Shown: positions 16,778 through 24,835 of the stretch, piece by piece | Layout: each line of letters opens with the position of its first letter | How positions within the stretch are numbered: position 1 is the first letter of the stretch | IMG/VR virus record: IMGVR_UViG_3300028284_000006 | Location: 699-64,698 of that record | Length of the DNA: 64,000 nucleotides | Direction: 5' to 3' (one strand) | DNA from: a virus | Lineage: Duplodnaviria > Caudoviricetes | Notes under the pieces: generated by a model | The model's database searches: none | What the model saw: only the letters and a program-made list of their open reading frames with translations | What the model was told of the DNA's origin: nothing | Program-made: the position numbers and the translations under genes

Positions 16778-17431
16778 ATGGCAAGAATTAGCCACCAACA
16801 AGAGTCGAACAAAAGTTCAAACCCAACCACTAAGTACTTAGAGTGGAAGTCAAATGACAAGTCATTCAGTTACTATGACAAGTCTAAAGGAGAAAACGTT
16901 AAGGTAGAGTTACCTTTCAAGTTTGTTTTCTTACAACACTACCATACCGTGAAAGGATGGAGCGATGCTTCAGGTAGTGGTATTTATTCTAATGAGGTTT
17001 ACTTCATTGGTAGTGAGCCAATGTCTGTTAAGTCATTCAAGGGAGGAGTTATTGCTGAGGGTCTTTACAAGGACATCAAGCCTACGATCACAAATGCCGG
17101 AGGTAAGTACCACCGTTCTGTTTATGTTATGTTAGAGGATGGTTCATTGGCAAACATCTCTTTCAAGGGAGCAGTAGTTCGTGAGTGGTCAATCTTTATG
17201 GAGAACAACGCTAATAACTGTGATGTAAATTGGGTAGAGGTTAATACTGCTGTTGAGCAGAAGAAAGGAAGTGTTAAGTACACTACACCTGACTTTACTT
17301 TAGGAGCAAGTATCTCTAAGGCTGATGCAGTTAAGGCTGATAAGGTTGCCGGAGAGTTTCAAGAATACATTTCTTCTTACTTAAAGAAGGATGAGGTTAT
17401 TGAATCAGAGCCTGTTGAAATAGACTTCTAG
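16778..17431 (+). CDS. Putative ssDNA-binding protein
   Basis: Follows the exonuclease; aromatic beta-rich core; acidic tail ending EVIESEPVEIDF. Confidence 0.65.
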   Translation: MARISHQQESNKSSNPTTKYLEWKSNDKSFSYYDKSKGENVKVELPFKFVFLQHYHTVKGWSDASGSGIYSNEVYFIGSEPMSVKSFKGGVIAEGLYKDIKPTITNAGGKYHRSVYVMLEDGSLANISFKGAVVREWSIFMENNANNCDVNWVEVNTAVEQKKGSVKYTTPDFTLGASISKADAVKADKVAGEFQEYISSYLKKDEVIESEPVEIDF

Positions 17432-17443
17432 ATTACACAAATC

Positions 17444-17468
17444 AAAGCCCCCTTAATTGGGGGTTTTT
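17444..17468 (+). terminator. Intrinsic terminator
   Basis: AAAGCCCCC-TTAATT-GGGGGTTTTT. Confidence 0.8.
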
Positions 17469-17486
17469 AACCTTAAAAACAACAAC

Positions 17487-17978
17487 ATGCAAAAATTAAA
17501 TGAAATACTAGATTCAATCTCAGCGCGAACAGGATTGGATATTAGAAAAAATACTAGGCAGATTGAGTATGTTATGGCTAGGAACATATACTACAAGATA
17601 GCTAAAGACGATTTAAGATTGGGTACTTTAAGCGCTGTTGGTAAACCATTAAAAAAAGACCACACTACAGTATTGCATGGATTAAAGAACTTCCATCAAA
17701 TTGAGAGCTACTACCCAAGAATGTACAATGATTACCTTTTTGTGAAGGATCTTTTTGATGAAAATGAGGACAAGGAATCTTCTTACGAGAAGTTAATAGC
17801 GGTTGATAATTCTTTAACAAAATTAAAGAAGGAACACAAAGAATTACAGGATAAATATTACAAGTTATTATTGGATAACGATTCAAGCTACATTGTAAAT
17901 AAGATGAATGAATTGAGTGTAGAGAATCAAGAAATTTTTATCATGAGAGTTAAGGCAATCTTAAACATGATGAAGTAA
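17487..17978 (+). CDS. DnaA domain IV-like HTH protein with coiled coil
   Basis: RQIEYVMARNIYY...LSAVGKPLKKDHTTVLHG matches the Bac_DnaA_C signature (RDHTTV). Confidence 0.75.
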   Translation: MQKLNEILDSISARTGLDIRKNTRQIEYVMARNIYYKIAKDDLRLGTLSAVGKPLKKDHTTVLHGLKNFHQIESYYPRMYNDYLFVKDLFDENEDKESSYEKLIAVDNSLTKLKKEHKELQDKYYKLLLDNDSSYIVNKMNELSVENQEIFIMRVKAILNMMK

Positions 17979-20404
17979 TGGTAACTATATTCAAAAACAT
18001 AAAGGAAACATCCACACCTTTCTACAGGAGTGTTGATGTTGTACTAGACAGAATAAAGGAAGGTGTTAATAAGGACTTGATACTAAAGATTCGTAGTGAG
18101 ACTGATAAGTCTAAAAGGAACATACTCAAGAAAGATTTACCGGCTATATGTTTCTCAGGGAAATTCCCTAAGAGATCTGACAATGCGTTGGAGGAGTATA
18201 GTTCTTTAATTTGTTTAGATTTCGATGGTTATTCTTCTAAGGAAGAAATGCTTGAGTGGAAGGATGCTATGGTGTCTGATGAGTACGTAATGTCTGTGTT
18301 CATTAGTCCAAGTGGTAATGGCCTTAAAGTTATTATAAAGGTTCCAAATGACTACATTAATCACAAGAGGTACTTTGATGCTCTAAAGGACTACTTCAAT
18401 GTAGAGTTCTTTGATGTGACATCTAAAAACATAAGTAGGGTTTGTTATGAGTCTTATGACCCTGATATCTATATTAACAATGACTCAAAGGTTTGGGATA
18501 CTTTATCCAACTTAGAGTACAAGCCTGTTGATAAGAGCGATACTAAGCTACTTATACCAATAACGGATGACAATAAAGTTATCGAGATACTTGTTAAGTG
18601 GTGGAAGAAGAAGTTCCCAATGGTTGAGGGGTACAGGAACAACAACGCATTCATACTTGCATCCGCTCTTAATGAGTACGGTATTAACAGGTCTTTAGCT
18701 GAGTATGTGTTGGGCCAGTACTCTGGAGAAGGATTTTCTATGGACGAGATAAAGACAACTGTTTCTTCTGCTTATAAAAATATTGTTGCTCATGGAACAA
18801 AGTATTACGAGGATGAGGTAAAGACATCTAAGATTCGTGTTAAGATAAACAAGGGAGAGTCTATTGAGGAAGATGTTAAAGGTATTGACCAAGAGGTAGT
18901 AGAAAGTGTTGTTAAGTCTATAGAGAATAATGGTAATGTCACAAAGTTTTGGCATGTATCTGAGAAGGGAAGTATAACCTTGATACACTATTTGTTTAAG
19001 GAGTTTTTAGAGTCCAAGGGTTTCTATAAATTCTCACAGCATGGTAGTTCTAAGTATGCCTTTGTTAAGGTAACCAATAACCTTATAAAGACAGCAAGTG
19101 AAGAGGAGATTAAGGACTATGTACTGAAATATCTTCAGGGTCTTTCAGACTTCTCTGTGTATAATTTTTTCGCGGACAAGACAAGGTTCTTCAAGGAAGA
19201 TTTTCTTTCTATGCTTGACACAGTTAACGTTCACTTCGTTCAGGACACCAAGCATTTTAGTTATATATACTTTAGGAACTGCGCCGTTAAGGTTTCTGCT
19301 GAGACCATTGAGAAAGTTGACTACATAGACTTAGATGGTTATGTGTGGAATGATCAGATAATTGACAGAGACTTTGAGTATTGTGATGTTACTAGTTGTG
19401 ACTTCAAGAAATTTATATCAAACATAGCGGGTGACAATCAAGGAAGGATTGACTCAATACACTCAACAATAGGGTTCTTACTAAATAGTTACAAGGATCC
19501 TGGCTTCTGTCCATCGGTGATACTTAATGATGAGATTATTACTGATAACCCTGAGGGAGGTACAGGTAAAGGTTTGTTTGTACAGGGGCTCAGTATGATG
19601 AAGAAGGTGTCTATGATTGATGGTAAGTCTTTCTCGTTTGATAGCCCATTCGCTTATCAGACAATAGATACAGACACACAGCTCGTTTCCTTTGATGATG
19701 TTAAGAAGAACTTTAATTTCGAGAGATTGTTCTCAGCTATTACTGAGGGACTTACTATCGAGAGAAAGAACAAGACAGCTATCAGAATACCTTTTAAGTT
19801 CAGTCCAAAGATTATCATAACAACAAACTACGCTATTAGAGGTAGAGGTAACTCGTTCGCAAGAAGGAAATGGGAGCTTGAGTTCAAGCAATTCTACAAT
19901 AAAGACTTCACCCCAGTTGATGAGTTTGGTAAGAGATTCTTTGATGAATGGAATGAAGATGAGTGGTGTTCTTTTGATAACTACATGGTTAACAATTTAA
20001 GCTCTTACTTCCGCACAGGTTTAGTATCTGCTGAATTTAAGAATGTTGAGATTAGAAGACTTGGACAAGAAACTTGTCACGAGTTCATTGAGTTCGTTGG
20101 GCTTGTTGAAGGTTCAGAGGCTTCCTCTAAGATTGTTTACAACAAGAGAATATTCATGGACGAGTTGTACATGGAGTTTATAGACTTGAATCAAGACTTT
20201 GCACCTAAAGCGAAGCACACTATATCTAGGGTTCAGTTTTATAAATGGCTAAAATCTTTCGGTGTTTACCAGGAATACAGAGGTACAATAAGAAACTTTG
20301 AGTCAAGTAGATCTAACCAAGGTCAATGGATAATGTATAACGATAAAACAAAAGAGGATGCCAAAGAAGAGAGTGCCCAAGAAATACCCGGACTTGAATT
20401 TTGA
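17978..20404 (+). CDS. Primase-helicase (BT4734/VirE-N AEP + PriCT + SF3/D5-like helicase)
   Basis: KKDLPAICFSG, ICLDFD, FISPSGNGLK, SRVCYESYDP; EGYRNN; Walker A EGGTGKG, Walker B VSFDD, IIITTN. Confidence 0.88.
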   Translation: MVTIFKNIKETSTPFYRSVDVVLDRIKEGVNKDLILKIRSETDKSKRNILKKDLPAICFSGKFPKRSDNALEEYSSLICLDFDGYSSKEEMLEWKDAMVSDEYVMSVFISPSGNGLKVIIKVPNDYINHKRYFDALKDYFNVEFFDVTSKNISRVCYESYDPDIYINNDSKVWDTLSNLEYKPVDKSDTKLLIPITDDNKVIEILVKWWKKKFPMVEGYRNNNAFILASALNEYGINRSLAEYVLGQYSGEGFSMDEIKTTVSSAYKNIVAHGTKYYEDEVKTSKIRVKINKGESIEEDVKGIDQEVVESVVKSIENNGNVTKFWHVSEKGSITLIHYLFKEFLESKGFYKFSQHGSSKYAFVKVTNNLIKTASEEEIKDYVLKYLQGLSDFSVYNFFADKTRFFKEDFLSMLDTVNVHFVQDTKHFSYIYFRNCAVKVSAETIEKVDYIDLDGYVWNDQIIDRDFEYCDVTSCDFKKFISNIAGDNQGRIDSIHSTIGFLLNSYKDPGFCPSVILNDEIITDNPEGGTGKGLFVQGLSMMKKVSMIDGKSFSFDSPFAYQTIDTDTQLVSFDDVKKNFNFERLFSAITEGLTIERKNKTAIRIPFKFSPKIIITTNYAIRGRGNSFARRKWELEFKQFYNKDFTPVDEFGKRFFDEWNEDEWCSFDNYMVNNLSSYFRTGLVSAEFKNVEIRRLGQETCHEFIEFVGLVEGSEASSKIVYNKRIFMDELYMEFIDLNQDFAPKAKHTISRVQFYKWLKSFGVYQEYRGTIRNFESSRSNQGQWIMYNDKTKEDAKEESAQEIPGLEF

Positions 20405-20723
20405 TGCATTCAGATGGTGTATCGATAATGATTTTCAAGTATATATAAGTCCACAGGGGACTTGGGAAGATGTAAAAAAAACAAGAGAGGTTGATGGTGT
20501 TATGGAGGAGTTTATTGAGAAGGAGTTTTTCATGAATGGTTTATATAAGATTGCTGTCCGTAGGGGCGGCATCTCCTCCAATGGTTATGATTCTTACTAT
20601 GATGAAAATGGTAAAAAAAATATATCTAAGGAAACATTGAGTGAAAAAACTTACAACAAGGAGTATGATGCTCTACTAGAGTTAAATTATGTTTACAAAC
20701 AATTAAAAAGAAAATATGGATAA
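20358..20723 (+). CDS. Hypothetical protein
   Basis: ORF track; overlaps neighbours. Confidence 0.6.
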   Translation: MPKKRVPKKYPDLNFDAFRWCIDNDFQVYISPQGTWEDVKKTREVDGVMEEFIEKEFFMNGLYKIAVRRGGISSNGYDSYYDENGKKNISKETLSEKTYNKEYDALLELNYVYKQLKRKYG

Positions 20724-20967
20724 CGATTTAGACACAGCATTAAATACTTATATGTTGATTGTTCTTGAGATGGATGCTGATGAAATATTTTACCAGAAGG
20801 GTTTTAATGGGATGTCATTTTTTATTGACCCTTACGACTATTTGTACTCAGATTCAGGTGTGATTGATGTTTTAAACTACTGTATTGGTGTTTTTATTGA
20901 GCATGAGCATTACGAGAAGTGTTCAGATATAAAGGAAAAAATAGAAGAGATTGGTTATGAAGTTTAG
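20716..20967 (+). CDS. Hypothetical protein with UVR-like C-terminus
   Basis: EHEHYEKCSDIK motif. Confidence 0.55.
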   Translation: MDNDLDTALNTYMLIVLEMDADEIFYQKGFNGMSFFIDPYDYLYSDSGVIDVLNYCIGVFIEHEHYEKCSDIKEKIEEIGYEV

Positions 20968-22177
20968 AGACTATCAAGAAGATATTATTGAGAGCGCTTA
21001 TGATATTATCAAAAAGCGAAACATGGTGTATCTAGCTATGGAGGTTCGTACAGGTAAGACACTTACTAGCTTAGGTCTTGCTCAGAGGCTGGGTGCTAAG
21101 AACGTTTTATTCCTTACAAAGAAGAAAGCTATATCTAGTATAACAGATGACTTCAAGATGTATGGGCCTGATTATGAGTTATTTGTAATAAATTACGAGA
21201 GCATTCATAAGATACCTAAAACTAAATGGGATCTTGTTATACTTGACGAGGCGCACACACTAGGAGCTTTTCCTAAGCCAAGCAAGAGGGCTAAACAAGT
21301 GAGTGAGATGATCAAGAAGCAGAGGCCGTATGTTTGTTATTTATCAGGCACACCTACTCCTGAATCTTATTGTCAGATATACCATCAAGTTTATGGTGTT
21401 CCAGGGAACCCTTTCTCTGGGTTCAGAAACTTCTACAGGTTCTGTGATGTTCATGTTAATGTTACTACTAGGATGATAAATGGATTCAACATAAAGGATT
21501 ACTCAGCGGGTAAACAATCTATAAATAACGCTATGAAGCCCTACATGATATCATACACTCAGAGACAGGCAGGTTTTGAGTCTTCGATAGAGGAAGAAAT
21601 CATAAGGGTTCCTATGAAGGATAGTACTTACAAGTTATGTAGTGATTTAAAAAGAGATTTAGTTGTTGAGCATAGTGATGAGGTGATACTTGCTGATACC
21701 GGTGTTAAACTGATGTCTAAGATGCATCAAATATATAGTGGTACTGTAAAGTATGAGAGTGGTAAGAGTATTATCCTAGACACAAGCAAGGCTGACTACA
21801 TTAAGTGGAGGTTCGCTGATAATAAGCTTGGGATATTCTATAAGTTTAAGGCTGAGTTAGATATACTAAAACAAGTTTTCGGAGATAAAATATGTACAGA
21901 TTTAGAGACTTTCAACTCTACAGATAAGCACATTGCTTTGCAGATTGTTAGTGGGAGGGAAGGTATCAGTTTAAGGAACGCTGATTATGTTTTGTTTTAT
22001 AATATAGACTTCAGTGCAACAAGTTACTGGCAAGCAAGGGATAGAATGACTACAAAGGAAAGAAAATACAACAAGGTATTTTGGATTTTTTCAGAAGGAG
22101 GTTTGGAATCTAAGATCTATAAATCTGTCATAGATAAAAAGGATTACACGCTTAGGCATTTCAGGAGAGACTGTTGA
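20957..22177 (+). CDS. SF2 (SNF2-like) helicase
   Basis: FRDYQ, EVRTGKT, ILDEAH, LSGTP, GREGISL, QARDR. Confidence 0.9.
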   Translation: MKFRDYQEDIIESAYDIIKKRNMVYLAMEVRTGKTLTSLGLAQRLGAKNVLFLTKKKAISSITDDFKMYGPDYELFVINYESIHKIPKTKWDLVILDEAHTLGAFPKPSKRAKQVSEMIKKQRPYVCYLSGTPTPESYCQIYHQVYGVPGNPFSGFRNFYRFCDVHVNVTTRMINGFNIKDYSAGKQSINNAMKPYMISYTQRQAGFESSIEEEIIRVPMKDSTYKLCSDLKRDLVVEHSDEVILADTGVKLMSKMHQIYSGTVKYESGKSIILDTSKADYIKWRFADNKLGIFYKFKAELDILKQVFGDKICTDLETFNSTDKHIALQIVSGREGISLRNADYVLFYNIDFSATSYWQARDRMTTKERKYNKVFWIFSEGGLESKIYKSVIDKKDYTLRHFRRDC

Positions 22178-22221
22178 TAACTTTTTATGGATAATTGATT
22201 ATTTTTTTATAGCTTTACATA

Positions 22222-22362
22222 ATGAAAGATTCAACACCAATAAAAGATAAATTGGATTTAGACAATGTTGTAAGTAAAAATATTATAGTTAACGGTCAAT
22301 TAGTTAAAGAACAAACAAAAATATGTTCTTGTGAATTGGATTTAGGGCAGTGCGGATGTTAA
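22222..22362 (+). CDS. Small Cys-tailed peptide
   Basis: Read manually, 46 aa, ending ICSCELDLGQCGC. Confidence 0.5.
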   Translation: MKDSTPIKDKLDLDNVVSKNIIVNGQLVKEQTKICSCELDLGQCGC

Positions 22363-22429
22363 TAGTATATTTTTGTTTAGCAATACTTATTTTAAGCATA
22401 CTATTTAGAAGAGATGATAGTCCATTTGA

Positions 22430-22672
22430 ATGAAAGAACAGCAAATACAAAAGAAACGCATAGATCAGTTGGAGAAGGAAGGTTACTACGTACTCAAGCT
22501 GATAAAAACAAATAAGAACGGAATACCTGACGTGTTAGCAATACCACCTAATACACCTGTTATTTTTTCCGAGATAAAAACACCTAAAGGTAAGTTGTCA
22601 AAGATACAAGAGTACAGGTTAAGAGAATTGGATAAGTTAGGATTCATAACAGAAGTATACAATGGAATATAA
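22430..22672 (+). CDS. VRR-NUC domain nuclease
   Basis: EQQIQ, GIPDV, FSEIKTPKGKLSKIQ. Confidence 0.9.
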   Translation: MKEQQIQKKRIDQLEKEGYYVLKLIKTNKNGIPDVLAIPPNTPVIFSEIKTPKGKLSKIQEYRLRELDKLGFITEVYNGI

Positions 22673-22895
22673 GTACGAAGATGTAGAGAAGGTTTTAGGT
22701 TTTTCAACCTGGAGTGACGAAAAGAAAATAGATGAGCTGTTTAGAATAGATAGTTATATGTATACAAATCTAGGTACGGATTCTACTAAGAAAGAGAGAG
22801 AAGATGTTAGGAGAAAATCGAGGTATATATACAAGTCAATACAGAAGATAAATCCTAAGATGGGTAAAGAGTTAATATACCAACTAAACAGTTAG
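22662..22895 (+). CDS. Hypothetical protein
   Basis: ORF track; YTNLGTDST motif. Confidence 0.6.
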   Translation: MEYKYEDVEKVLGFSTWSDEKKIDELFRIDSYMYTNLGTDSTKKEREDVRRKSRYIYKSIQKINPKMGKELIYQLNS

Positions 22896-22897
22896 AA

Positions 22898-23083
22898 ATG
22901 AGTATCACTGCGGAAGAACAAAGGTTAAACTTCATAAACATAGCTATGGATCAGCTAAACAATCTTTGTGACTCATTGTATGAATCTTTAGTTGATGACG
23001 AAAGGAGTGAGTCGACTGAGATAATTTATGAAATAAACCAGCTACTTGTAGAGATAAACCAAACTTTCACAGATGAAATCTAA
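22898..23083 (+). CDS. Hypothetical protein
   Basis: ORF track; operon packing. Confidence 0.55.
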   Translation: MSITAEEQRLNFINIAMDQLNNLCDSLYESLVDDERSESTEIIYEINQLLVEINQTFTDEI

Positions 23084-23726
23084 TAAAATTTTAGTAATAG
23101 GAGACCTTCATGAACCATTTTGTCTTGATGGTTATTTGCAGTTTTGTAAAGATACTTTTAAAAAATACAATTGTTCGCATGTTGTTTTTATCGGTGATGT
23201 GATTGATAATCATTTCGCTTCTTATCATGAGACTGACGCAAACGGGATGGGCGGAGGCCAGGAGTTAGACCTCGCTATATCTAAACTCGCTGATTGGTAT
23301 AAAGCCTTTCCCGTAGCTGATGTCACTATAGGTAATCACGACAGGTTGATAATGAGAAAAGCTCAGTCATCAGCAATACCAAGTAAATGGATAAGAGACT
23401 ACAAGGATGTCTTAGGGGTTCCTAATTGGAACTTTGTTGATAAGGTAGTTTATGATAATGTTCAGTACATTCATGGTGAGGGAGGTACAGCAAAGACTAA
23501 GTGTAGAGCAGATATGATGTCTACAGTTCAGGGTCACTTGCACACACAATGTTACACAGAGTGGTTTGTGGGACAGAACTTCAAGGTCTTTGGAACACAG
23601 GTTGGATGTGGTATAGATCACGACAGTTACGCTATGGCGTATGCTAAGAGAGGTAAGAAACCTGCTATTGGGTGTGCTGTTGTTATTGATGGCAACACTG
23701 TTATTAATGAACTAATGCATTTATAG
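23073..23726 (+). CDS. Calcineurin-like metallophosphoesterase
   Basis: GDLH, GDVID, GNHD, HG and GHLH motifs. Confidence 0.92.
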   Translation: MKSNKILVIGDLHEPFCLDGYLQFCKDTFKKYNCSHVVFIGDVIDNHFASYHETDANGMGGGQELDLAISKLADWYKAFPVADVTIGNHDRLIMRKAQSSAIPSKWIRDYKDVLGVPNWNFVDKVVYDNVQYIHGEGGTAKTKCRADMMSTVQGHLHTQCYTEWFVGQNFKVFGTQVGCGIDHDSYAMAYAKRGKKPAIGCAVVIDGNTVINELMHL

Positions 23727-23728
23727 TT

Positions 23729-24109
23729 ATGAATGATTACACTACAGACTCAACTTTCTTAAATAGAATAAGAAGAACTTCTTTAGCATCTGTTGAGAGT
23801 GAATCAAGAAAAGGTCAGCCTGTATACACAGGTGTTATTAAATATTTTCCAGACGCGTTAAAGTATGTTAGTAAAGTTAGTAAGGCGGGTAATGATCAGC
23901 ATCATCCTGACAAGCCATTGCATTGGGATAAGAATAAAAGCACTGATAACGAAGATGCGTTATTAAGGCATTTAATAGACCACTCACAGGATCCTGTTGA
24001 TGAAGATGGGTTACTTCACTTAGGTAAGGTAGCTTGGAGAGCTTTAGCAGCCCTACAAATACACTTAGATAATGATAAAAGAGATACTAAGGGAGAAGTT
24101 AAAGGATAG
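23729..24109 (+). CDS. dATP/dGTP diphosphohydrolase-like protein (DUF5664)
   Basis: YFPDAL, GNDQH, DALLRH, DGLLHLGKVAWRALA. Confidence 0.7.
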   Translation: MNDYTTDSTFLNRIRRTSLASVESESRKGQPVYTGVIKYFPDALKYVSKVSKAGNDQHHPDKPLHWDKNKSTDNEDALLRHLIDHSQDPVDEDGLLHLGKVAWRALAALQIHLDNDKRDTKGEVKG

Positions 24110-24150
24110 ACCTGACTTCAAAAAGATTAGGAAATTACAACAACAATTTG

Positions 24151-24486
24151 ATGAGAAGCTGCAACGTTTGCTTAAAAGAAAAGAAGGACGATAAATTCAA
24201 GAACCTTAAAAAAAAGACTTGTCAAAAGTGTGAGTATAGGTTCAAGCAAAGAATCTTAAGGTTCTTAGTTGGTAATAGAAAACTTTCTTTAGAGGAGAAG
24301 CTAGCTTCAAGAATAGGTTACATGGGTAGTGGTTTGTTAATAGCTGCTCAGTGGACTATAGAGCCTGTTCTATACGTTTTAGGTTTTATATGTATAATAG
24401 TACAAGTTGTTTACAGGAAGCAATGGAATTTAGTAGCACTTAACATAAATGGATTAATAGCATGGATAAAGCATCTGATAATGTAG
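24151..24486 (+). CDS. Zn-finger plus 3-TM (PnuC/SemiSWEET-like) membrane protein
   Basis: CNVC...CQKC followed by three hydrophobic segments and RKQWNLVALN. Confidence 0.5.
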   Translation: MRSCNVCLKEKKDDKFKNLKKKTCQKCEYRFKQRILRFLVGNRKLSLEEKLASRIGYMGSGLLIAAQWTIEPVLYVLGFICIIVQVVYRKQWNLVALNINGLIAWIKHLIM

Positions 24487-24818
24487 CAGTAGTAAGAACA
24501 GGAATGGAGTTAGTATTTACACTTCAACTTGCTCTTGAAATAATGGATGAGTACAAGTTAAAAGGTTTACTTAAGAAGCATGGTAATATGTTTAAAAAAA
24601 CCTTAGAAGCAGACATTGGTCGAGCTTATGATAGAGTCTTTGATATAGATCAAGAGATGGCTATAAATGCCATGAACATAAAGCATAGAATGATATCACA
24701 GATAGCTTCACTACCGGAGCCCGAGGCAATTGTGTTCTCAGAGTACGTTAATAAGTTCTTCGACAACAAGGATGAAGCTATAAAAACTACAGAGGTTATG
24801 TTGACTAAGATAGACTAG
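24462..24818 (+). CDS. Hypothetical protein
   Basis: Last gene of the plus-strand block. Confidence 0.6.
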   Translation: MDKASDNVAVVRTGMELVFTLQLALEIMDEYKLKGLLKKHGNMFKKTLEADIGRAYDRVFDIDQEMAINAMNIKHRMISQIASLPEPEAIVFSEYVNKFFDNKDEAIKTTEVMLTKID

Positions 24819-24835
24819 AGGGCCTAGACCCTCTA
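24816..24835. terminator. Hairpin at the convergence of the two transcription blocks
   Basis: TAGAGGG-CCTAGA-CCCTCTA; each arm starts with one gene's TAG stop codon. Confidence 0.55.
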
